DNA of 64,000 nucleotides from Mizuhopecten yessoensis (lineage: Eukaryota), in assembly GCF_002113885.1 (NCBI RefSeq), contig NW_018408800.1:262907-326906 (forward strand), read 5' to 3'. Position 1 is the first letter of the stretch; every line of letters begins with the position of its first letter. Below the pieces are notes generated by a model. The model was not told where the DNA came from and made no database searches. It saw nothing but the letters and a program-made list of their open reading frames with translations. Below, one piece after another: positions 12,160-25,500 of this stretch. The translations under genes were made by a program, and so were the position numbers.

Positions 12160-14496
12160 ACTTTACAAACGACCTACTGACAAATCGTTAAACCCATTTG
12201 GCCACTAGTAACCTAATGTTGCTTTTATTGACATAAACATTTAAACTGTATGTCACGATCAATTTGAGGCATTATTAAACCACTAGTATAACAAATATAT
12301 ACACATGTTTGCCTTAATGCGATATCAATCGAAATATGCTAAGCAGATTACTTGCTTATTCAACATAACTTAATTTATTTATATCAAATATCTTTAACAT
12401 GATACGAAAACAAAATGTGGAAAAAACACTTTTCGACAGCAGCAAGCCGTGTTTGTGGCATTTATTCATACAAGAAGAATAATCGAATCCTCATAATTCT
12501 AAAAGCACTTCTTTTCATATAAAATATAATCTCTAAATTGCAATTGATCGTATATTGACACAATTTCAAATTCAGCATCAAATCAAGTAATTCACTGGTT
12601 TTCTAAAATAGCAGTTGAAGTGTTCTATATGTTATCACACACATACAAATACAATTTAACATGGCGGATATAAACGATAGCTTCAACCGTTAACATCATA
12701 ACCACCCCTGTAAGAACTGTTATGTAGAACAACAACTTACCCCGACCACATACCTACAGGTCGAGGCTTAAGAAATCAATAAACCAGATATTACCCACAT
12801 TACTAGTGAGGAGGAAAATGCAAATATAGCCAGGCAGCGTTTTGTCTGATATTTCTGTGTTAGTAGCATTCTACAATACAAAATCGATGGTTACTTTTTA
12901 ACATTCTGTGGCTTTGAAAACAAGATAATTCTACAGTTTGATGATTTAAATTTAAATTATTATAATCCAGAATCTTCACTGCTATGCACTTGTTGGTTTG
13001 AGCTGTCTTTTTGCATTGTTTCACATGTTTAATATGAGTCACTAAGTTATTAAGATTGCTGCCCGGACCATTTCATTATCATTTGACTCGAACAACGAAA
13101 CGAACATAAGAAAAACTACTTTTGACATCGGTTATATTTAGTGTAACTACGATATTTGAATTGCATTGATAAATTATACAGTACTGAAATATATTCATAT
13201 TACTGATACATTTGACATGAGCGTCTTGAGCTCATTACCATTGTTTAAACTAATACCTTACACACAATACCTGGCACAAAACACGTATACCTGCACTTTT
13301 GATAATTTTATGTTTACTTATTGTCATTTTTCCATCACCTCATTTTCAATTTATTATTATGGGTAACCAGCTTACTTTCTTTTCAAATAACTGGAAATAA
13401 CATACTAATGTTATCCCAACTCTTATCATGACATGCGTCTAACCATCCCAACTTTTTGTTATATTAATTATTATTAGTATTCTTATTGTTTCAGCAATTG
13501 TTGTACAAGTTCAGCACATGACACACATGGGTCTCGATCTAAAGATAGAGGCAACAGGTAACTGTGCATGAAAGAACCATTCTGGTTATACCATACCAAA
13601 CATGATAGCTGCAAATAACGACTTTTGGTATTTGCCATAGTGTAAATAAATAAGTAGAGTTACTACCAAAGTAAATGATAATACTTTAGATTTATTTTGT
13701 TATGCTACGACACATCGACTTGAAAAAGTCACTCAGATTTCACGTGTCAGACTCATGTCGTTGTACACGTCAACACAACCAAAATGCATTGCCTATGTTA
13801 TCAAGAGTGTATATAAATGTAAATTCTATTTATAACGAAACATTCTATAAATTCATGCTTTGTACCTCAATTTTATAAACGGAGCAGTTTTTAGATAAGC
13901 CCGCAAATAAGCCTGGAATGAATTTCATAAATAACTAAAAATAATAATTGCATACATGTTTTATTTCGATATATAAACAATGCATACTATTTATACAAAT
14001 AGTAATGTACTACACATCAAAATATCGACGACATACGATACAGTATTAAAACTTATTACTATAGATAAAAGATATAAAAGAAATTCTGTGAATTGATGGG
14101 ATGTGATAATTTGAAGAATCAATGCATAGCACATTAAGTACACATTAACAACCAAAGCTGCCACCTCACTTATATTTCTACCAGCTTATTAAAGCTCGTT
14201 TTCGATTAAAAGAGTTGAAAATAAACTCAAGTCGGATCAATTTGATTACACTCATCCGTTATGGAACCCCTATATAAACACTAGCTATCACAAAATTAAA
14301 GTAGATATATAATAGGATAACACATTGTATTTACAGCTTCGATACCTTAAAGATAAATACACGATAACAAAGGTAGACACTTGATAACTTAAACAGTTGA
14401 ACTGTGTATAACGTCATGATTACTAAGTCAAAAGATGTATTTATAACCGTTTACTAACATAACAATGACTAAAACAAAATACAACAACAAAACTAT

Positions 14497-14582
14497 TTAA
14501 TAGTAGGAATTAGAATAAATATATAAAAAAAGTAATAAAAACAGCAGCATCCATGAGGGTTTCACCGTGCCCGCACCATTGT
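14497..14582 (-). other. Duplicate terminal (GPI-signal) exon: alternative last exon of gene B or remnant of a lost paralog
   Basis: Acceptor tttgttctcaacAG, phase 1, reads DNGAGTVKPSWMLLFLLLFLYIYSNSYY*. Its start is near-identical to 19581-19654. Flanks align: 14225-14495 with 18935-19250 and 14560-14900 with 19630-19930. Confidence 0.7.
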
Positions 14583-15607
14583 CTGTTGAGAACAAAGAAA
14601 ACGAGTATCACAAAAGCATAACTACTTAATAAGTCCATGTATTTTTTCTTGATATTTGAAGAAGAAGAAAACGAAAAATGAAAATAACGTATAGGACACG
14701 AATATGACAAGCAGATAATATATTCGAAATAAGAGATTTGCTTCGAAACTAAGACCTTATATAAATATAAAACATATATAACATTCCACAATGGAGCTGT
14801 TTTAAACAAGTCACATATTCATATATTATTGTTGAATGTCGATGTGGTGCATGCCTGACTTAACTAATCTGGACTTAGATGTCAACTGATGTCAACTGAT
14901 ATACTCGTTCTTTACGATGAGGATACTTCTAAGACAAAATCAAACGCTTTGTTGACCAACACATTATGTTTTAAAATATTTTCCCTTGAATTCATTAACC
15001 AAAGGTATTTGAGGAAAATTTTGCATCTTCCATAATGCGCGACTACCTGGTGTGGATTTAATTTAGGGCCAAGGTAAATATGTTCAAATCGAAATAATTA
15101 TTAAGATAACTTGATGTTCATATTAAAAAAACAGTGCGTTTGAAAATTATAACGTATATATGTACTTCTCCTTTTATGAGTTTGAGCTTACCAGTCATTT
15201 ACGTAAAAACAAACTACAGGTACATTATAAAGAACAATGCATGTAACAGTTCCATTATACTTTATACCAGATCAAACAGGCAAAATTAAATACAAAATGC
15301 ATATCAGACCTATGCAATACAATGAAGATTTCAAAAACTGTCTAGCTAAGCTCTTCCGTACATTGTTCATGAAAAAATATGGAAGATATAAATCTATTAT
15401 GAATGTCGAAGTCGCCCCGCACCTTGTACATAGAACAAACCTGTAGCCTTTTATTTATGTATGTCGAAGATGTTACATACCTTGTAAATATTCAAGCCGA
15501 ACGAGTTGAAACAATAAACATGTTGAGACTATCCCATACCATGAAAAGAATACGCTGTGCCGATATGTATACCCATACGTATAGGTAATTTCTTTCTGTG
15601 TACTTCG

Positions 15608-16214
15608 ATTAAAGTAATAGGATTGTGTCGTCGCCATTTCGCAGTAGAATTTATTCAAATTTTGTAGTTATATTGCTTTGAAGTAAAGAAAAATTTCTGC
15701 CACAAAAAATATAGGTTGTCAGAATTTTAAGGATTTTAAATGGAAATTTAAGTAAAAAGGAGTGAATTTAAAAGAGAAAAATTGAAACACAATATTTTGC
15801 AAAATAATGTCGATAAAAATGATACTAACATAGATTAGTGTTGCATTAATGTATACCAATTTCATAAATACAGAAATTGTGTAAAATTAATTATCTTTAA
15901 ACCGATTAAAAATTGACATTTTATAACGAAACCATATACACACAGTAATTGCATGCAAGAGTTATCGTTCTTGAAAAACTTCACAGTAGTGAAAAAGGTA
16001 GCCGGTTTCCTGAAGTACAGAAAAATGGACACATGTGACTCATTGATTAAAACACAATTAAATTAATGTCTGGATTGCTTTGCAATACTTTAATATTGAA
16101 AGAACACACTGTTGTGTCAATAATAAGCATACAATTTTCATCACTTTAATATTAAACATTAGATTATGCGGAAATTGTGATACTGTCTCCCTACATTGGA
16201 TTTTCAACTAGGGA
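15608..16214 (+). repeat. Dispersed ~600-bp repeat, copy 1 (probable non-autonomous transposon fragment)
   Basis: Reverse-complement match to 25620-26165, e.g. ACTGTCTCCCTACATTGGATTTTCAA and TAGTGAAAAAGGTAGCCGGTTTCCTGAA. Confidence 0.8.
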
Positions 16215-16239
16215 TGAATTTCCGTTTAGCAATACACTC

Positions 16240-18240
16240 CTATGACATTAAGTGTTGACATGCAGTCACACAGGCGTACACTGATATGAATGGACAACAG
16301 TAAATCGTATCTCAATAACTAATAATACCTAGTGCTCGTGTATTTCATACCATTAATACACGAACATGTTAATATAATAATATATTCTTGTACATAGTAT
16401 TCACCAATTGTCTCGTGTGTTATCTAAAACCTTTACAAATTGTGAAAATAGAGTTGGTAGGCGATGGAAAATCGATCTTTTCGCCTATAGCGCTATTTTT
16501 GTTTTTGCTGTGTGAAAATTTTAAGCATAACTAACTAACTATCTATAAATAAATGGGTGCGTATATTTCCACACTTTGCTTGACTAGGAAGATTGAAATG
16601 TAAAGGCTTGTATCAACAGTAGGTGTACCTTGTTACAGCTACTTTCTATCTTAATCATATACGGTATTTAAAGTTATAAAATGTTTCAGATGATTGACTC
16701 GGACAATCGTTTGATAGATATATGACTATATATATATACACATATATATATATAAGAGAAATCTATCATCACATTTAACTAATCTATATTGTTCCAAGTG
16801 ATACAAACATACATTTTGTCAAATATCCTAACCATCTCAAAACAAACTTTTAGGCTAGGTCGGCGAGATCAGACCAGACTAGACCAGACCAAACCAGACC
16901 AGACCAAACCAGACCAGACCAAACCAGATCAGACCAAACCAGACCAGACCAAACCAGATCAGACCAGACTAGACCAGACCAAACCAGATCAGACCAAACC
17001 AGACCAGACACAGTTTGCTCTTAGTGCAAAGGATGGGAGATGTGCTGCATGTACTGCTCTTTTAACACGAATAGTTTGTTGAAATGCAAGGTACAGGTAT
17101 AGGATAATATATCTTTGACGAGCAATGCTTTTTAACTCTATCAGTTTACATAAATGTCTCGACATTATTTTCTGTGTCCTATTCGTATATTGCACTAGTT
17201 GCTATAAGGCTACTACACTGTAAATTAAATAAATGGAGTAAAGATTTAACTAAAACATTAACAATAACAAGATCTTATTAAATTGAACCACTTGTTTAAT
17301 GTACAACTTTTTGCATTTCCATCAACCCAGGTGGAGTAAAAGGTGGTCTGGGGATGTTGCTGCAGTGCCTTTTCTGTAGAAGTCAAGTATGGTGGCACTA
17401 TGAAAAACAAGATGCTTGGATGCGAAGTCGCAACATAAAACATAAACGGTTACACACACACACGTGGAGTTATTATACAGGTGACATAAGGCTAGTGGGT
17501 AGTTAAAAGAATAATTAAGGCAGCTCCTGCGCATTACTTTACTTATATTGATTATATGTTTGTATTGATAGTATGAAATTTATGTCTTGATACTTTTAAG
17601 CGCCGTAGACTGGTGTCATATTATAGCTAGGTAGGGAGCTATGATAAATTAACTGTTGTTATAAAGAAACATAATACGGTTCCTTCAATTTAGATACAAG
17701 TAGTTTTACAGTATGTTGCTGACTGTGTCAACATTATTTATCCTTCGTTTTAACAAACAATATAACAACATGGTATGTAGAATAAATGCTCAATTTATTA
17801 AAGAGATACTGTTATCTATTTCAAATCATATATTAAACACATTTAATTGATACTGATGAGGCAAAAAGTACATAATGTAATGGTTTTAGGTAAACAAGAA
17901 CTCAAATTATATGAAGGATCTTGAATGCTTTAAGACAATCTGGAAATAATGTAAGAGTTGCTGCCCTTTGGTTGTAACTTAGCTCGAATGTCCCTTTACT
18001 AAACGTATGTAATAATGACAGGTATAACATAAGCTAAAAGCGATTCTTTTATTTTTATAGATATAAATCAACCAAAATTGCTATGAAAGATGTTTTGTCG
18101 AAACTAACATTCTTTCTAAAACTCAACTTTATTTGTAAATCATAAAAAACTAGATAAAATAAAACGAAACAAATATATCAATAAAGCAACTAGTTATATA
18201 TTTGATCAAGCAATGGTTTTGAAACTTAAGCTGTACTCTA
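16240..18240 (+). repeat. Diverged direct duplicate of gene B's upstream flank (49340-51220)
   Basis: Colinear shared blocks: GGCGTA(C/A)ACTGATATGAATGGACA; AGACCAGACC; TTTACATAA..CCTATTC; CTGGAAA..AGAGTTGCT.CCCTTTGG; TTTGAAACTT. Confidence 0.65.
16868..17009 (+). repeat. (AGACC/AAACC)n pentamer microsatellite
   Basis: Visible directly; 15-bp superperiod. Confidence 0.95.
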
Positions 18241-19580
18241 CCCAGTGCTACCATTTACCTTAAATATAACTATTCTATTTGTACTATACAATTTATACTG
18301 CATGAAGTGTTGTTCTGATTTTTATAGCAATATTTTAAATATTATTTTTAAGGTTTTTGCTGATCATATAAAAGTAAGTTCCAACAGAAGTTGAGACCAA
18401 TTTGGATCTCCACGATTTTGGCCTCTACCAAAACCCATGAGTTTTAGAAGGACAAAACAGCTAAAGGATGTAGTGTAAATAGTTGTGGCATACAGACCTA
18501 TTACCAAATATTATAGAATGCAATCACATATGCCTGTCTTACGTTGCTCGTATCGTTTATCACATGACAAGGGAAAAATTAGCGAACTTCAAATGAAATT
18601 TTAAAACCAACATTTATTTTGGCTGAAACTGCATAAAGCAGTATAATAAAAACAACCAACAGTAATGGATTGATACAAACTATTTTATTTTGATATACTT
18701 ATATATATACATATTTTTTCCAAAGAACCATTTCTACGCCATAATTATCATTTTTCCTACATATCAAGATATTGTTGACGTACCAGAAATTGTTGTGAAG
18801 CACTTCTCACCGAATGATGATAAACAGAAATGTTGATTAATTCTAAATTCAAATCACACAAATAATATTAATATAATGCATTAATGCATAATACATTTAG
18901 AAAATATCAACTAAAAAAACTACCAGAAATATACCAATCGAGTCAGATTAACATGGTAAACAACACCCATATAAAACTTAGTTATCACAAAGTTATAGCA
19001 GATATATAATACGTGTCGTCACACAGACACTTAGTGTAGTAGCAGCTTCTACAGCTTCGATACCTTTAAGATAAATACACAATAACAAATGTAAACACTT
19101 GATAACTTAATCAGTTGAACTGTGTAGAACGTCATGATTACCAAGTTAAAAGATGTAGAAAGATAACTCTTGACTAACAAATAATCACAAGAAACATAAT
19201 AACAAGAAAAAAAAAGCGTAAAGTAAAACTGAAATCAACAATACAACAATGGCCAAACAAATTTGTGTTCACTGATTTGTTTTAAATAAAAAATCAAAAA
19301 AAAATCGAGTATTTCTATTTCAATTCCGAATAAATTGACATTTAAACATCAAGCAATAAATTCGTTATTGTCATTCGTAAACAAAACTATAGATTTGTTG
19401 ATAAATCAAATATTATATACATGAGCTGACGGATCACACAATACAAAGTATAATAACGTTTAGAATCACACATAACGCTGTAGAGTGAAATTCCGGAAAA
19501 CAAATACCGGCGTTTATATGTACAACTCTACTGTTCCGTTATTTTGTCAACATTGGTATGGACAAATAACGTCCTTTAAC

Positions 19581-22500
19581 CTATTGGTACACCACAGCCA
19601 ACGAAAGCACTAAAGCCAGCATCACCGATGACGTAACCGTGCCCGCGCCATTGTCTGTTGGGAACAAAGTACATTATTATTACAAACATATAACTCTTTA
19701 TAAAAGTATGTTCTTCACAAAACACAAGAATTCTACATTCTTATGATTTGTCTCGATATTTTAAGCAAAGGACAACAAAATGAACACGTAGAGGGCAATC
19801 AAGCATTAATTTTAATGGAGCATTTGTTTCAGTAATAATAAGTTTTCAATTTAAATCATACTAATGTATATTTATGGACTTCGATGCGTTGTATGTCTGA
19901 CTAAACGAATCTGGATGTCTAATGTCACTGAGGCAAATTGCCTTCGTAATCAAATCCTTAAAAAAATATATATACAATGAAATTAATAATACAACTGACT
20001 TAACGTAACCTTCTGTTTGTATAAATGTTGTTACATCAATTAATTAGGTCATCGATATAATAATAATAATAATAATTCGAGGTTCGTATATACCACTTTA
20101 TCACAACCTAGTTCGTAGGTCGTCTCAAAGCGGTTCACAACCAGCCAATACCTTTTCAACTCCCCGGGGAACATACAGCCGGAGCTGCCATTTCGGCGCT
20201 AACAGCTAACATTCAACCATTCGAGCACTGCCCATCCACGTACTCATTTACAGCTGAGTAAATTCTTGCTCAAAGATATACCACAGTGCCGTGCCGTGAC
20301 TCGAACCCGCAACCCTTCGGTCACGAGCCCGGCGTCCTACCACTAGACTGCCGTGCCTCTACATGAACTTCTATTTGTTTACAACGTCATATGACCTTTG
20401 CTTATATACTTGACATGTATTGCTCGCATGCTATCATTGATCAGACTTGGGAACAATTGTATACATGTAACTTTCAACGGGCATTAACAACTATTTAAAC
20501 TAACCTGACGTTGAACTGAAGTCAGCGGAGAGGGCGGCGAGTTGAGATTCACTTAGAGAAGATCTTTGGTCGGCCGTCGAGGCAGATAATTGTGATGTAC
20601 TGAATGTCAGAAACTGCTCAACAGTGAACCCCTGTCGTAAACAAACAACTGGTAAAAACAAAACAAAACATACCACATTGATTCGAATGATAAAAAATCC
20701 GATTTGTGCGATAGACCTTTCAATTTTGTTAGGGTTGTCAACGCGTAACCGATTAATCGGCTACTCGGTCGCTAGACCGCGAACCGTTACTAAAATCAAT
20801 AACCGAATATTCGGACATTGATTTTTATCCAAAAAGGGAGCTCCTTGGTTTTTTTGGTCTTTTTGTTCAAATTTTACATCAATGAGACTGAAATCGATTT
20901 TTTAGCAATGCAAGCAACGTTCAGGCTGACCTGTTCGGCTGTTATTTCACAATACGGATTGACCACACCATGATAGGCCTTATCAGATTTTAAAATGGAA
21001 CCATAATGCATAGTTGTGATATGCCAACTTTGCGCGGTACATGTAAAACTCTTTTTTTAAGGTGGAGTGTAAAATAGTTTTCGAATGAGTTATAAAAATG
21101 ACCCCTAAAACATGGACTAATCAGCTTGTATCCCACTTTATGCTGACGAATGTTGGCAAAAGAAACTTTTATATTTCCTTCGTTTTGGTGTTGAGAGTTT
21201 GAAATAAAGTAAAAGTTAAAGTAAAACTATCGTGCAAATTAATATATATGGACATAAATTGATTTTGAGCGGAATATTTGCTAAACTTATAATGTATATT
21301 TGTTGTTAAATGTTTGGTAGCCAAACTAACCGATTAACCAGTTACTCGATCGGAAGAATTGTTGAGAAAGTTACCGTTTACTAAAATTTGTACCGTTTAA
21401 AATCACTTGTTAGTTTACGTAAACTTCCGTAAAAGAATATTCAATGTATGTCATTAAAAAAGGACAAGTTAAGAACCGTCTTGTTCCTTCAAAGAGTTTG
21501 TACACATTTACCGGTACATCTTCAAGGACATGTCGACCATCTCTATACTTCACCTTTCGATTTTCGGACGTAACTTTTGGCGTACAGACACTTCGAAAAG
21601 GAAAACCGATATTTCCTTTGCGAAATTTTGATTGTTTTTCTTTTTGCAGCTTTGTTGAAATTGAACATTATCGATATAAAACATGCATATTGCTGAGGAA
21701 CATTCATCTTTTATAATCTATATGTTTCATCAGTACATTGCCATGGATAAACTTGTTTAAAAACTAATTTCGTAAGTATCGCAAATCTATATATCTATAT
21801 TTACTACTTTTATGAATACTCACACACAGGCTGTACGTTCATACGTTACTTACTGCAAATGTAGCAGGTGGAATGTGCGAGATGTGGATGGAGTCTATAG
21901 CATCTATCTGAGTAGTCGATAGCATACCAATATCAGAGGTCGGTAAACCGCCTGTATAACGATACAAATGTTATATAATAGGTCAACTGAAAAGGTCTTA
22001 TTACTGTTCATCATGTTCTCGCTACGTATATCACTCAATCTAGCGAGTCAGTGTTGCGTGTCACTGTATCTAGCAAGGAGTAATACAACAAAGAATATGT
22101 CAACTGCGAACGATTCAAGACACTGACTGACAACGAAATTAGGTAAATGGAAATTAGTTCACAATTTAGTTAGCGTATATTGAATGGGTTTATAAAAAAA
22201 ACACTGTGGCTACAATGATTCGTTGGCAGCAGATGGTTCATCTAGCCTATCGAGTCACTTTTATATGTTCCTGTATACCAATTGTCTTGATTTGTCAATA
22301 GACGTTTCGCAATGGTTTGTAAGCGACGATGACGTTTTTCTCTCGGTGGCTTTTTTTCTGTGATATATTTACAAATCTGTATTACCTATCGTTATCCCAA
22401 TGTTAGATATAACAGAGGAAAGCCACGTAGTGACGTCACTCCCGTAAGCTGCTTTTGCCAAGGCGGCAAACGATTGCAGTTGTGTGTCATCACAGCTCGT

Positions 22501-25500
22501 CAGCTCGCCGATCGAGTCTGCCGCATTCCTGTAAGGCAAAATTCATTATATAAGAGTTTTGATTAGTACTTGTTGCAGTGTTTACTTTCAGTTTATATCG
22601 CTCAAAGGAAAGCATTGCATCGACGAAGGATATTTGGTAGAGAATAGTACAACGATAAATTGCTAAGACATGCCTTGAACTACCTAATGACATATGCAGA
22701 TTTGGATTTGAAAACTAATGCGTATTTATTGTTAAATTTAAAATAGCTATTGTCGTAAAGTGATGCTCCGTTATAGTTGTGAGGATAGAGGTCAAAAGTA
22801 ATTTCCATATAAAGGTCATATTAAATGTATTTCGTGCATACGTTTCTAATATACTAGTGTGCGTATTGTGCTAATGATGTTTGGATAAAAATATAGACCT
22901 ACAAAAACATGCGAAATGACAATGATGAGGATGACATATGACCCGCCAGGTATATGTTGTAGCAATCCAGTTGAGGATGTAGCTGTTTCCGATCATTTAT
23001 GACAGATATGAGCTTAAGGAGATCGCATGTTTCATACAGGTACGTTGTTCAACAACATAATTAATTGACATTTGAATGATGATACTTACTGATAAACAAC
23101 ACATAAAATTTCACTGGGAGGAATTGTGTCCGACTCACAAGGTATATGACCAAGTGATCAATATGAGATCAAACTGACTACAGACAGAAGAATGTAAACT
23201 TAAAAGTATTAAGTCCTTAATACAAAACGTTTTGCAATGACTTTTGAAATATAACTTATTCATAAATAATGCGTGGGGTGACAACAATATGAATTGTGTC
23301 CAAGTTTTTTGATACTTTTGATGATACGTACTTATAGATAGCGTGTGGGATGACATCGATGTGGCTTGTTGTCGCTCCACAGGTTATATGACCTAGTGAC
23401 CTGAGTTCACTGGACGTAATGGTACTGCTATCCCCTCCCTTCAGTAGACTCAACCATCGTTCAAACACTGCCTTTTTCTTGAAATGAAAATAATCATCGT
23501 ATTAACCCACAAGATTTCCTCTTTCAATCATTGATGATTTTTTTCAAGTTACACTGTTAAAAGCTCAACTTAATATTTATATTCTAAATTTCACTTTCAT
23601 TTCTTCTCTTTGGTAGTTTTCAATGTCTTCAGCAACCTTCTCCAGCCCTACATTAAATCAAACTAGACCCTGACCTTAAGACTATCCCAACCATCGAACT
23701 GTCCGAGTCGACTGACGGCGTCCAGGTCTAGAGTGAGGGTACCGATCTGGGCCTCTGTCAGGGCCTGACATATCACACCAGTATTGTAGACGTTGGTGGT
23801 GGACCAAGTGGATGGGGCGCCCAAAACCTGAAACGATCATTATCATGATATGTTCATCTTATCTTATATCGAGTAGCTTTTGCCATTGTTTCCCAATGAT
23901 ATTGAGTTTAAATGGCATTACAGTAGAACAAAGTATATTTAAAAAATGTTATATTAGGTATCTGTTTTGAAGCTTCATTAGTTCAGTTTCTTCTATATAT
24001 TTTCTGATCAATAATTTTTCAATCGTTTACTACAGCGTCATCAAATACGCATTTTTGTTTCAAAGTCGTTCTTCTATTAAAATTAATAACCTTAATATAT
24101 CTAAGTAATGAGTATTGAGGCAAATAAGCACCAATAAATATTGGAATACCCAGGCACGAACTGTTCTACTAAAATAACAAGTTTGATTAGCAACACAAAG
24201 GAATATGCGGTTTAAAGCATTGGTTCTGTGTAGTCTGAAAACTCGAAATAACACATAATCAAATTTGCGATTCATATTGTTAGGACTGTCGAGTCAATTG
24301 ATAATAATTGGTGAATTGGTAAAATTTCAAACATTAAAAGATATAAAAGATGTTTACCGTATTCTACCGTATATTAATGTCCACTTACACTACTCCTCGT
24401 GGCGACGTCTAGAAGGGCCGTCTTTTGTGCGTCACTGTAGTCCGTTACTGATCCCAGTGTCTCTATGCAACTAGTGAACTCCTGATCAGCAAGGCTACTC
24501 AGCTGTGTTGTAGACAGGGCTGACACGCCTGCTGCGCCGAGTACTTGAATGTTACTACACGTCAGTGAGGCTGTAAGGTTAAGTAACAGTCATCAGGGCC
24601 ATAATGAATCAAACCTTATTATTTTTGTGACAGATAATCAAATTGATAAATGACATTTTATACTTTAATGAAAATCAAACTGAGATACGTTCAAGAAACA
24701 AAACTTCTAAATTCGTCACCATCACTTAATGCATTGTAACCAGTGTAGCGTCAGCAATTTTGTCACATACGTCATTCGTCCAAGATGATGGCACGTTACA
24801 AATGGTTCACCATTTCAAAATATCTATTGGAGAAGGAAAATCATACCTGTGGATCTTCTACGTCTGCGACTTCCAGCATTAGCTTTTGTATCTAATGCTT
24901 TCGCTATTTTTGTGTAGAATTTTTGCTCTCCACTGACAAATGCGGTCTCGTCATCCGAAGAAAATTCGTTTGATTTTCCTGACTGTTTTCGGGATTTAGT
25001 ACACTTCTTCTTTTCATTGTACTCATCTTGTATCGGTCCTGCTATGTCTAGTACAGTGTCCTAAAATGATTGAAATTGCAACTAAGGACACATAAGCATC
25101 AGTTTAAGAATATATTCCCGACATTCATATTTTGACTGGAGCAAGAAGAGAAGCCGAGATGAAGTTTCAAGAGCTAAAAATGTGTTTTCTAAGGACTCTG
25201 CGCCACAAGCCTATATTAACAACGTCACTTTACATGACATGATATACAGAAGTAGACAGTAGTTTAAATGCGACAACTTGAAATGTACTTACAACAGTGA
25301 TAGAATCGATAACAGTCTGCGGCAGGAGGGGGAATAAAGTCCCTAGCATTATGATTTCGTACGTCTTGATACTGTTCGTTCTGAAAATACAATGTCATTT
25401 TGAAATCGGAAGTATACTTACAATGATTCTCGGTCGAAGCTGATTATTGACATGAACGGTAATATTTTAAATAATAAATATATTTTCGTCCACAACTCAA

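Noticed and set aside
20285-20359. tRNA gene
   Set aside because: A and B boxes are present, but the acceptor stem is poor and the sequence continues into a SINE body and (TTA)n tail.
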